Part shown: piece by piece, positions 48,442 through 56,919 of the stretch
How positions within the stretch are numbered: position 1 is the first letter of the stretch
How the letters are laid out: every line of letters starts with the position of its first letter
Assembly (NCBI GenBank): GCA_041662985.1
Contig: JBAZRJ010000004.1
Coordinates: 2,389 to 66,388, forward strand
DNA: 64,000 bases
Origin: Clostridia bacterium
Lineage (GTDB): Bacteria; Bacillota; Clostridia; Acetivibrionales; JBAZRJ01
Direction: 5' to 3'
Position numbers and translations under genes: made by a program
The notes under the pieces: generated by a model
What the model saw: the letters and a program-made list of their open reading frames with translations, nothing else
The model's database searches: none
What the model was told of the DNA's origin: nothing

Positions 48442-50202
48442 TTAAAATGGTATCTGAATCATAAATTCAGTGCCTTTTCCGACTTCAGAATTTACTGAGA
48501 TGTCACCGCTGTAGAGTCCGACAATATGCTTGACGATTGAGAGTCCAAGTCCTGTACCGCCCATATCCCTTGACCTTCCCTTGTCAACTCTGTAAAAGCG
48601 CTCAAATATTCTGCCTATATGTTCCTTAGGTATGCCAATCCCGGTATCGCGGACACTAATGATTGTTTTGCCTTCTTCATTATGTGCGTCAATCGTAATT
48701 GAACCGCCAATAATGTTATATTTGATACTGTTGTCAACAAGATTTAAAAATAATTCCTTCATCCTGTTCTTGTTCATATTCATGGAAATGCTTTCATCAA
48801 CATTATTTATTAGATTGATGCCTTTATTGTCTGCATCCTTTTTCATAATTTCGTACACATCATCAATCGAATCCTTAAGATTAACATTCTCAACATCCGT
48901 ATCCTCAGTCTTATTTTCAATTTCTGACAACTGAAGAATATCGTCAATCAACGAATTCAATCTTTCTGCTTCAACATCAATAATATTTAAGAACTTTGTG
49001 GCAACTTCCTTATTACTGATTGAACCGGCCTTCAAAGTCTCAATAAATCCTCTGATTGAGGTTATAGGAGTCTTCAATTCATGAGTGACATTTGAAACAA
49101 ATTCGGTTTTAAGTTCCTCAAGCTTCCGAACTCTTGTAATGTCCTGAATAAATATTACAGCTCCTGAGTTTTCAAAGGTTGTGCCTTTTTGTTTAAATGG
49201 GCAGGTGCTGACATTTAACAATCTGCCATTTTCAATTATTTCTTTTTCGTACGCCTTATTCTTATCAATAGTATCTTTTAGAAGACTGTTGATTTGGTTG
49301 TTTCTTATGTGTTCTGCTATATTATCTCCATAAATTGATTTGCCTTCGGCAATATCAAACATTCCGCATGCAGAAGGATTTATTAAGATTATCTTATCGA
49401 AACTGTCAACCGCAACTATCCCGCTGCTCAGACTGTCAACTATCGATTCCAGTTCAATCTTTTTATAATTCAAGTCAAAAATAGTTCGATCCAGCGTCGC
49501 CGCCATTTCGTTATAGCTGTCTGCAAGCTCGCTCAACTCATCTTTTGTCCTGATTGTTATCCTCTTTGAATAATTCCCTTTTGATATCTCTTTTGAAGCC
49601 GTATTAAAATCCTTAATAGGGCGAATTATTGTCTCCGACATTTTTAGTGATATGAAAATTGTAATCAATAATCCAAATAAAATAGTAAGTATGGAATAAA
49701 ACCAAATCATGTTGTTAATATTGCTTAATTCAGCTAACGGAACTGCAATTCTTAGAATCACATTATATTCATCGAAAGGAACTGCAAGATATAAAAGATT
49801 CACCCCTAAAGTTTCGCTGCGTCTTATACTAACACCTGTATCGCCTTTTATAGCTTCTTTCACTTCGATTCTGCCTGAGTGATTTTCCATCTTTAAATAA
49901 TCAGCTTCCGAATCGCCTTTGACTATACCTGAGAGATCGATAAAGGTAATTCTGATCTTCTCGTTTGACGGATTTTTCTTATTATACATTTCTGCATATT
50001 TTTTTGCTATCCGGTTTAGGAAGTCATCTGTTTTATGAGGCACTTCCGCAGTATAAAACTCAACCGAATATGCCAGGCTCTTCAGCTTGTTTTCGACCTC
50101 AGACTTGTAGAACTTCTGAGCGACCTCTGAGGTGAAAATAACAACCAAACTCATTAGAACAATAAATAATATTAAATAATACTTAAAAATTTTCTTTTTC
50201 AT
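48442..50202 (-). CDS. phoR: Phosphate-regulon sensor histidine kinase (PhoR-like; TM-HAMP-PAS-HisKA-HATPase)
   Basis: H-box FVSNVTHELKTPITSIRG. N/G boxes (DNSIKYN, DTGIGIP, GGTGLGLSIVKH). ATGA overlap with phoP. Located downstream of pst-phoU. Confidence 0.85.
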   Translation of the reverse strand: MKKKIFKYYLILFIVLMSLVVIFTSEVAQKFYKSEVENKLKSLAYSVEFYTAEVPHKTDDFLNRIAKKYAEMYNKKNPSNEKIRITFIDLSGIVKGDSEADYLKMENHSGRIEVKEAIKGDTGVSIRRSETLGVNLLYLAVPFDEYNVILRIAVPLAELSNINNMIWFYSILTILFGLLITIFISLKMSETIIRPIKDFNTASKEISKGNYSKRITIRTKDELSELADSYNEMAATLDRTIFDLNYKKIELESIVDSLSSGIVAVDSFDKIILINPSACGMFDIAEGKSIYGDNIAEHIRNNQINSLLKDTIDKNKAYEKEIIENGRLLNVSTCPFKQKGTTFENSGAVIFIQDITRVRKLEELKTEFVSNVTHELKTPITSIRGFIETLKAGSISNKEVATKFLNIIDVEAERLNSLIDDILQLSEIENKTEDTDVENVNLKDSIDDVYEIMKKDADNKGINLINNVDESISMNMNKNRMKELFLNLVDNSIKYNIIGGSITIDAHNEEGKTIISVRDTGIGIPKEHIGRIFERFYRVDKGRSRDMGGTGLGLSIVKHIVGLYSGDISVNSEVGKGTEFMIQIPF

Positions 50203-50912
50203 AGCTCTACCCTACCCTCTTTATCACTGAATCTGTAACCAACGCCTCTTATTGTTTCTATGTAGATTGGGTTATTGTCGTCCTCAAGCTTTTGTCTTAA
50301 ATATCTTATATGCACGTCCACTGTTCTCGTTTCACCATAAAAATCGAATCCCCAAATCTTATCCAAAAGCGTTTCTCTTGAAATAGCCTTACCTTTATTT
50401 GCGATTAAAAGCTTTAAAAGTTCAAACTCCTTGAAAGTCACTTCAATCGGTTTATCATCTTTGTAAACCTCATGTCTGGCAATATCAACCGATATTCTCC
50501 CCGCTTTGATTATTTCGGTATCGTTTTCAGTCAAATCCATTTGACGTCTGAAAATAACTTTAATTCTTGTTACAAACTCTCTGACACTGAATGGTTTTGT
50601 GATGTAGTCCTCCGCACCGAGTTCGAGTCCTAAAACCTTGTCGAACTCTTCGCTTTTTGCTGTCAGCAGAACAATCGGAATTCTTTTTAAATCAGGATCC
50701 TGCTTTATCCGTCTGCAGATTTCAAGTCCGTCGATTCCTGGAAGCATTATATCCAGGACAAATAAATCGGGCTTGCGCTCTGCAATCGCCTCAACAAGTC
50801 TATCTCCGTTTTCAAAAGCCTTTACCTCATATCCGTTTTCTTCAAGGTTAAAGCTGATTAATTCTCTTATGTTCTTTTCGTCTTCAACCACATAAATCAG
50901 TTTTTTAGACAT
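50199..50912 (-). CDS. phoP: Phosphate-regulon response regulator (OmpR/PhoB family)
   Basis: Receiver domain (VVEDE, LFVLDIMLPGIDG, LTAK) plus winged-helix output (TVDVHIRYLRQKLE, IETIRGVGYRF). Start taken as ATG 50912. ATG 50924 is also possible. Confidence 0.85.
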   Translation of the reverse strand: MSKKLIYVVEDEKNIRELISFNLEENGYEVKAFENGDRLVEAIAERKPDLFVLDIMLPGIDGLEICRRIKQDPDLKRIPIVLLTAKSEEFDKVLGLELGAEDYITKPFSVREFVTRIKVIFRRQMDLTENDTEIIKAGRISVDIARHEVYKDDKPIEVTFKEFELLKLLIANKGKAISRETLLDKIWGFDFYGETRTVDVHIRYLRQKLEDDNNPIYIETIRGVGYRFSDKEGRVEL

Positions 50913-50974
50913 AGTCGACCCCATTTACTTTTGATTTAAATAACTTTTCGGCGTTTTCTCAGACCATCAGATTT

Positions 50975-51628
50975 TTAAGTTAGATGGTCATGCTTTCCTG
51001 TAACATTATATACCACCCATTCGCCAATATTAGTAGCATGATCTGCCATTCGTTCGAGATATTTTGCAATGAACATCATATCAATTGCCTGCTCTGTCGA
51101 TTTTGGATCATCCTTGATTATATTTACCAGTTCAAGAATAATTTTATTAAATAACTCATCTACCTTATCATCGCTTTTGCATGCTTCCATGGCAAGATTC
51201 ACATCCTGCTTGACGTAAGCGTCAATTGCTTTCTTTACCATTTGCTTTGCAAGCACTGCCATCTTTGGAATATCAATCAACGGCTTAATGTATTTTTGAT
51301 GCGCCATCCTAATAGTTATTTCGGCAATATCCGAGGAATGATCCCCGATTCTTTCCATATCGGTAATAATTTTAAGAGCCGCGCTTATTGTTCTTAAATC
51401 CTTAGCCAGTGGTTGCTGGCGTGCTATGAGATTCAGACAGCGTCTCTCAATTCTCTTTTCGATGGCATCGATTATATCGTCATCTTCAAATATTTTTTTT
51501 GCAAGTTCAATATCCTGTTTTTTCAATGCAACAATTGTATTTTCAATTGACTCTTCGACAAGACTGCCCATCTTAATCATTTCCATATGTAAAGCTTCCA
51601 GTTCAACTTCAAAAATATTTCTCGTCAT
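50975..51628 (-). CDS. phoU: Phosphate signalling complex protein PhoU
   Basis: Duplicated PhoU repeats with the characteristic ERIGDH and ERMADH motifs. Confidence 0.9.
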   Translation of the reverse strand: MTRNIFEVELEALHMEMIKMGSLVEESIENTIVALKKQDIELAKKIFEDDDIIDAIEKRIERRCLNLIARQQPLAKDLRTISAALKIITDMERIGDHSSDIAEITIRMAHQKYIKPLIDIPKMAVLAKQMVKKAIDAYVKQDVNLAMEACKSDDKVDELFNKIILELVNIIKDDPKSTEQAIDMMFIAKYLERMADHATNIGEWVVYNVTGKHDHLT

Positions 51629-51684
51629 GTCATCAATCTCCTTTTCATCTATTTCAATTTATCCAACTCTTCCTGCGCTTCAAA

Positions 51685-52446
51685 CTATCCAAACCTGCCT
51701 GTAATATAATCTTCTGTTCTTTTGTCTGTTGGAACACTAAAGAGTTTTTCAGTCGAATCGTACTCAACAATTTCTCCCAATAGGAAAAATGCCGCTTTAT
51801 CTGATATTCGTGCCGCCTGTTGCATGTTATGAGTTACGATAATTATTGTGTATTTGTTTTTCAGCTCATCAACCAAATCTTCGATTTTTTGTGTTGACAA
51901 TGGGTCAAGTGCTGAGGTAGGCTCATCCATCAAAACCACTTCAGGTTCAACTGCCAAAACTCTTGCAATGCAGAGTCTTTGCTGTTGCCCTCCCGATAAT
52001 CCCAGAGCATTTTTCTTTAATCTATCTTTTACTTCATCCCAAAGCGCAGCGCTTCTTAAGCTTTTTTCTACAATTTCGTCAAGTTTTTGCTTTGATTTTA
52101 CACCGTGAATTCTTGGACCATATGCGACATTGTCATAGTTTGACATAGGGAAAGGGTTTGGTTTTTGGAACACCATTCCTATCTTTTTTCTTAATTCAAC
52201 TATATCATATTCCTTATACACGTTCAATTTATCAAAGTACACATCGCCTGTTATTGTTACGTTTGGGACTAAATCGTTCATTCTGTTGAGTGTCTTTATA
52301 AACGTGGATTTACCGCACCCGGATGGTCCGATTAATGCAGTAGCCTTATTCTCCTGAATTTCAATATTAATATTTTTCAATGCCTGACAGTCGCCATAAA
52401 ACAGATTTAAATTTTCTGTATAAATTTTTATGCTGTTGTCTTTCAT
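51685..52446 (-). CDS. pstB: Phosphate ABC transporter ATP-binding protein
   Basis: [34 protein letters not shown], and the PstB-typical C-terminal [10 protein letters not shown]. Confidence 0.95.
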   Translation of the reverse strand: MKDNSIKIYTENLNLFYGDCQALKNINIEIQENKATALIGPSGCGKSTFIKTLNRMNDLVPNVTITGDVYFDKLNVYKEYDIVELRKKIGMVFQKPNPFPMSNYDNVAYGPRIHGVKSKQKLDEIVEKSLRSAALWDEVKDRLKKNALGLSGGQQQRLCIARVLAVEPEVVLMDEPTSALDPLSTQKIEDLVDELKNKYTIIIVTHNMQQAARISDKAAFFLLGEIVEYDSTEKLFSVPTDKRTEDYITGRFG

Positions 52447-52483
52447 TTATGCTTACACCTCCTGCGCTCAATTTGAATTTTAT

Positions 52484-53359
52484 CTATATAGAGTTCTTTT
52501 TTGTGATAAATCGTCCTAAAAATCTACTGCCTAAATTAAACAGGAATACCAGAATCACCAGTACAGCCGCCGACAAATCGGCTATCTGCTGAGAGTTGGA
52601 TGCTATTCCTTCAGCTTTTAACGCCCATATGTGGACCGCCAAAGTATCACACGGTCTGAATATATTGAGCGGCGATGTAATACTCGCGGGATTCCAATTT
52701 GAAAAGTCTATATCCGAACTCATTCCGGATGTATATATCAATGCGGCCGCTTCGCCAAAACCTCTTCCTGCCGCAAGAATTATTCCGGTTATTATTCTGG
52801 GAAGAGCGGATGGAATTAATATTTTTACAATTGTTTGCCATTTTGTCGCTCCAATGCCATAGCTTCCTTCACGATAACTGTCAGGTACACCCCTTATTGC
52901 ATCCTCTGTCACACGAGTAATTAGCGGGATGCTTAATATTGAGACCGCTCCCGCTCCGGCCAATAAATTATATTGCATGTGCGTTGCCTCTACCAATATT
53001 AAAAATGCAAACAAACCAACTACTATTGATGGTAAGGATGACAGTGTTTCAATACTCGATCTGAGAATATTTGTAATGCGCCCCGGTCTTGAGTATTCAG
53101 CCATATAAATACCCGCGCATATCCCGATTGGTACTGAAATGATTAAGGAAATAAGAACAAGATAAATTGTATTAAATAATTGGATGCCGATCCCGTCACC
53201 CGAAAAACCGAGAAGTTGAGGTGTAACCGCCCTGAATCCTTGAAACAGTATATACCCCGTTAAAACAACAAGCAGCAAAATAAAGAAAGATGCTGTTATA
53301 TATAAAATTATTGTTGCAGTTTTATCTGCGATTTTTGCTCTTTTATGAATTTTATTCAT
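52484..53359 (-). CDS. pstA: Phosphate ABC transporter permease PstA
   Basis: Six-TM permease with an EAA-like loop (GSYGIGATKWQTIVKILIPSALPRIITG). ATGA overlap with pstC. Confidence 0.9.
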   Translation of the reverse strand: MNKIHKRAKIADKTATIILYITASFFILLLVVLTGYILFQGFRAVTPQLLGFSGDGIGIQLFNTIYLVLISLIISVPIGICAGIYMAEYSRPGRITNILRSSIETLSSLPSIVVGLFAFLILVEATHMQYNLLAGAGAVSILSIPLITRVTEDAIRGVPDSYREGSYGIGATKWQTIVKILIPSALPRIITGIILAAGRGFGEAAALIYTSGMSSDIDFSNWNPASITSPLNIFRPCDTLAVHIWALKAEGIASNSQQIADLSAAVLVILVFLFNLGSRFLGRFITKKNSI

Positions 53360-54378
53360 ACTTTTTGTCTGCTCCCCTTCCTGCTTAAAAATCTAATCAG
53401 TATTATAAATAAGAAGGAAATAATAAATAACAACAATGCCATTGACCAAAGTGCATTGTTCCATTCACTTCCGGTAACCGTGTTGCCCATATCCGAAGCT
53501 ATTTTTGATGTCAGTGTGCTTGTCGCAGAAAGCAGTCCGTCTAAAAATCCATTATTGAATTTGGGGAATTGTTCGCGTCTTCCGATAACCATTGCGACTG
53601 CAAGAGCCTCTCCAAACGCTCTTGTAAGCCCAAGTACAACCCCCGTTAATATTCCGGGTAAAGCTGAACGTATCTGAATTCTTCTAATCATCTGCCATCT
53701 TGTGCTTCCAAGACTATACGAAGCTTCTTTATATTCAATCGGTACGTTTCTGATTGCATCAACCGAGATACTTGTTATTGTGGGAAAGATCATCAGAGAA
53801 AGAACAATAGCACCGGATAATACATTAAATCCATAAGGGAGTTTGAATATATTGGCGATAAAAGGTACCAAAATGGACAATCCTATCCAGCCATAAACAA
53901 CCGATGGAATTCCTACAAATATTTCAATAGCGGGCTGAAGAAACCTTTTTCCGAGACGAGGAGATATTTCATTGATAAATATTGCAGCCGCAATCGCAAA
54001 TGGAGTTGCTATCAATAAGGCAAACAAACTTATTATTATTGAGCCGGCTATAAATACAGCTGCTCCGACTTGTCCTTTTTGAGTTGATCCGACTATATCC
54101 TGCGGAGCAAATTTATTTGAGAACAAGAATTCGAAAATGGAATGTTTTTGCACAACAAACGTTCCAATACCTTTATAAATCAGAAAGCCTGTGATTAATA
54201 AGGTAAGTATTATGATAAAGAAACCGAACACTGTGACCACACTGCGACCCAAATATTCGTTCTTAGTCTTCTTTAACAATTTTGGAGATCCATTTTTTAT
54301 CTTCTTTAAAAGCGAACTGATTTTAATTCTTTTAAACATTTCATTGTCTTTGATTTTCTTAAACAGTGTGCTCTTCAA
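53356..54378 (-). CDS. pstC: Phosphate ABC transporter permease PstC
   Basis: EAA-like loop (ASYSLGSTRWQMIRRIQIRSALPGILTG). Start placed at in-frame TTG 54378, 6 nt after AGGAGG (54385-54390). The ORF-track extension to 54471 runs through the Pho boxes. ATG 54339 is the alternative. Confidence 0.85.
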   Translation of the reverse strand: MKSTLFKKIKDNEMFKRIKISSLLKKIKNGSPKLLKKTKNEYLGRSVVTVFGFFIIILTLLITGFLIYKGIGTFVVQKHSIFEFLFSNKFAPQDIVGSTQKGQVGAAVFIAGSIIISLFALLIATPFAIAAAIFINEISPRLGKRFLQPAIEIFVGIPSVVYGWIGLSILVPFIANIFKLPYGFNVLSGAIVLSLMIFPTITSISVDAIRNVPIEYKEASYSLGSTRWQMIRRIQIRSALPGILTGVVLGLTRAFGEALAVAMVIGRREQFPKFNNGFLDGLLSATSTLTSKIASDMGNTVTGSEWNNALWSMALLLFIISFLFIILIRFLSRKGSRQKV

Positions 54379-54437
54379 ATGATTCCTCCTGTATTCTTCC
54401 CTATATGATAAGTATAAATAAATAGGATATTTACTTA

Positions 54438-54476
54438 TATCAAGCAGAGGTAAAGAAAATGTTAATTTCATGTTAA
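54438..54476 (-). promoter_or_regulatory. PhoP-box array upstream of pstC: TTAACA-5-TTAACA-5-TTTACC-5-TTGATA
   Basis: Four hexamers in exact 11-bp phase (minus-strand starts 54476, 54465, 54454, 54443), matching the B. subtilis-type PhoP consensus TT(A/T/C)ACA repeats. The last box is followed 17 nt later by TATTTA. Confidence 0.7.
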
Positions 54477-54520
54477 ATACAGTTTACCTCGGGGTTTCAT
54501 TTTTTTCACATAATAATAAC

Positions 54521-54548
54521 TTTACAAAGATTTTACACCGGTTTGATA
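54521..54548 (+). promoter_or_regulatory. PhoP-box array upstream of pstS-1: TTTACA-5-TTTACA-5-TTGATA (plus TTCACA at 54505)
   Basis: Hexamers start at 54521, 54532 and 54543 (11-bp phase). CATTAT lies 18 nt downstream of the last box. Confidence 0.65.
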
Positions 54549-54607
54549 TTTCTTAATTTGCTTTGACATTATCATTAAACTATAAAATAAAAAAGGAGCG
54601 TGGAAGA

Positions 54608-55756
54608 ATGTTTAAAAAAGGTAAAGCAAACAAAGCAGTTTCACTCGCATTATCGTTGGTATTAATGATATCAATGCTTACAGGAATCAGTGTTTACGCA
54701 AGCGGAACGGTAGCAAAAGTTACATCGGGTCTAAAAGCAGGCTCATACTCAAGCAGTAAGGTAATTTCATTAAGAACAATGACAAACGGAGCAAAAATTT
54801 ATTACACAACCAGCGGTAAAACACCTACGACTAAGAGCACAAGATACACAAAAGCATTTACAATCACAAAATCAACCACTGTAAAAGCAATCGCAGCAAA
54901 GAGCGGAATGAAGAACAGCCCTGTATCAACTTTCGCTTACAAAATAAACAAAGTACCTACCAATCTATCAGGGAGTTTTTCAATGTCAGGATCCTCGGCA
55001 TTGTTCCCACTGGCTAAATATGTATCCGCACTCTTCAAGGCAAAGAATCCTAAACTTTCAATCACCATTAATGCAGGCGGATCTGGAACAGGATTAAACA
55101 ATGTATTAGCCGGAACCGTAGACATAGGCAATTCGGATGTATATGCAAAAGAAAAACTATCGGCATCAGATGCGGCAAAATTAGTCGACCACAAGGTTTG
55201 TATAGTAGGTGTCGCAACAATAGTAAGTCCTGATGTTGCAGCACTTGTAAAAAACATTTCAACTTCAAATCTTAAAGCAATTTTTTCCGGATCAATTTCA
55301 AACTGGAAATCAGTCGGCGGACCGGACAGAGACATAGTAGTAGTTAATCGTCCTTCGTCATCGGGTACAAGAGCATTGTTCGTAAAATGGGCGCTTGGCG
55401 GTCAGAAGGATATTGACGGAGACACTTCATTACAGACAGATGATTCAAATGCATTGGCAAAGACAGTTTCAAACACAAACGGAGCAATCGGATATCTCGC
55501 GCTTTCGTATGTTGAAAGTTCGTCGTTAAATTTTGGAGTTTTAAAGATTAACGGATATGCGCCGACATACTCAAACATCTATAAAAACTCTTATAAGGTT
55601 TGGGGTTATGAACACATGTACACTCTGGGATCACCAAAGACCAATGTCAAAGCTTTCTTGAATTACATGGTTTCAAAAGAACTTGTCCCAAGCTATGAAG
55701 CACTTGGATACGGAGCAATCAGCAAATTGAATTCAGCAGCCAGAAGTTCCAGATAA
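54608..55756 (+). CDS. pstS: Phosphate-binding protein PstS with extra N-terminal Ig-like (chitobiase/Fn3-associated type) domain
   Basis: ATG 54608 lies 9 nt after AAGGAG. Signal peptide has no lipobox Cys. The ~90-aa insert (GSYSSSKVISLRTMTNGAKIYYTTSGKTPTTKSTRYTKAFTITKSTTVKAIAAKSGMKNSPVSTFAYKI) is followed by the PstS core (GSSALFPL, GGSGTG, NRPSSSGTRALF). Confidence 0.85.
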   Translation: MFKKGKANKAVSLALSLVLMISMLTGISVYASGTVAKVTSGLKAGSYSSSKVISLRTMTNGAKIYYTTSGKTPTTKSTRYTKAFTITKSTTVKAIAAKSGMKNSPVSTFAYKINKVPTNLSGSFSMSGSSALFPLAKYVSALFKAKNPKLSITINAGGSGTGLNNVLAGTVDIGNSDVYAKEKLSASDAAKLVDHKVCIVGVATIVSPDVAALVKNISTSNLKAIFSGSISNWKSVGGPDRDIVVVNRPSSSGTRALFVKWALGGQKDIDGDTSLQTDDSNALAKTVSNTNGAIGYLALSYVESSSLNFGVLKINGYAPTYSNIYKNSYKVWGYEHMYTLGSPKTNVKAFLNYMVSKELVPSYEALGYGAISKLNSAARSSR

Positions 55757-55793
55757 CAATCCGGATAGCATAAAATATAGGTTTTCGACAAAG

Positions 55794-55832
55794 AAAAGAT
55801 GCAGAGAAAAATTCGCTGCATCTTTTCTTATT
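55794..55832 (+). terminator. Intrinsic terminator after pstS-1
   Basis: AAAAGATGCAG - 11-nt loop - CTGCATCTTTT, then CTTATT. Confidence 0.65.
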
Positions 55833-55861
55833 GTAAATTACTTAAACAGTCCATGTTAAAT

Positions 55862-55900
55862 TTAACTTAGATTTAATAAAAAATTAACTCCTGCTTGATA
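55862..55900 (+). promoter_or_regulatory. PhoP-box array upstream of pstS-2: TTAACT-5-TTAATA-5-TTAACT-5-TTGATA
   Basis: Hexamers start at 55862, 55873, 55884 and 55895 (11-bp phase). TATAAT at 55922-55927. Confidence 0.65.
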
Positions 55901-55958
55901 TTTATCACCGCTTTTTAACTTTATAATGAGGGTATAATAATTATATGGAGGTACAAAA

Positions 55959-56834
55959 ATGAAAAAAAGAATTTTAATGGCACTGACATTGATGGTTTCA
56001 ATAGCAATGCTTGCAGGTTGCGGCCCGGATAATACAAACAGTATATCGGCATCAGGTTCATCAGCTCTCCAGCCGCTTGTCCAAAAAGTTGCGGATCTTT
56101 ACAAGATTAAGAATCCCGATATTTCGTTTACAATCAACGGCGGGGGTTCAGGAGTTGGATTAAAAAATGTTTCGGCAGGTACCGTAAATATCGGTAACTC
56201 CGATGTTTACGCCAACGAAAAATTATCAGCAACGGAAGCTGCAACTCTGGTTGACAATAAAGTCTGTGTTGTCGGAGTAGGCGTTGTTGTCAGCAACGAC
56301 GTAGCATTGAATATTTCAAACATTACAAGCAAACAGTTAAAAGATATCTTCTTGGGTAAAATTACAAACTGGAAACAAATCGAACCATCAGCTCCAAGCA
56401 AGTCGATTGTAATAGTTAACAGACCTGCTTCATCCGGTACCAGAGCTCTTTTTGTAAAATGGGGAATCGGCGGAGAAACTATAACTGAAGGCGATCTTTC
56501 GTTGCAGACTGATGACTCGAACGCACTTGTTGAGACAATTTCACAGACAAAAGGCTCAATCGGATACCTTGCATTCTCTTATGTTTACAAAGAAGAAAAT
56601 CAGACAAAGATTGTTCCGCTCGCAATTGATGGTGTAGATGCAACAAATGAAAACATCTACAACAACACATATAAAATATGGGGTTACGAGCACATGTACA
56701 CAAAAGGAGCTCCAAATGCAACAGTCCAAAAGTTCCTTGATTTCATGAAATCAACTTCTGTGGAAGGCACAATCGAAGAATTGGGATATGGAGCAATCAG
56801 CAAGTTAAACGCAGCAGCGGCCGGCTCAAGATAA
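55959..56834 (+). CDS. pstS: Phosphate-binding lipoprotein PstS
   Basis: Lipobox LAGC. PstS core motifs (GSSALQPL, GGGSGVG, NRPASSGTRALF). RBS GGAGG. Confidence 0.9.
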   Translation: MKKRILMALTLMVSIAMLAGCGPDNTNSISASGSSALQPLVQKVADLYKIKNPDISFTINGGGSGVGLKNVSAGTVNIGNSDVYANEKLSATEAATLVDNKVCVVGVGVVVSNDVALNISNITSKQLKDIFLGKITNWKQIEPSAPSKSIVIVNRPASSGTRALFVKWGIGGETITEGDLSLQTDDSNALVETISQTKGSIGYLAFSYVYKEENQTKIVPLAIDGVDATNENIYNNTYKIWGYEHMYTKGAPNATVQKFLDFMKSTSVEGTIEELGYGAISKLNAAAAGSR

Positions 56835-56866
56835 AAAGATTACATTTATTGAATTTAATATGCAAA

Positions 56867-56910
56867 ATCAAAAAGGCTCCGGAACAATAATGTTCCGAAG
56901 CCTTTTACTT
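56867..56910. terminator. Bidirectional intrinsic terminator between convergent pstS-2 and the PP2C phosphatase gene
   Basis: 14-bp stem AAGGCTCCGGAACA / TGTTCCGAAGCCTT (one mismatch) with loop ATAA. T-rich on the plus strand and U-rich on the minus strand. Confidence 0.7.
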
Positions 56911-56919
56911 TAAGGTGAG

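Noticed and set aside
54379-54471. N-terminal 31-codon extension of the pstC ORF (MKLTFSLPLLDISKYPIYLYLSYREEYRRNH)
   Set aside because: The extension is translated straight through the four PhoP boxes and the putative -10 region, and its ATG has no properly spaced RBS. An in-frame TTG at 54378 has AGGAGG 6 nt upstream.
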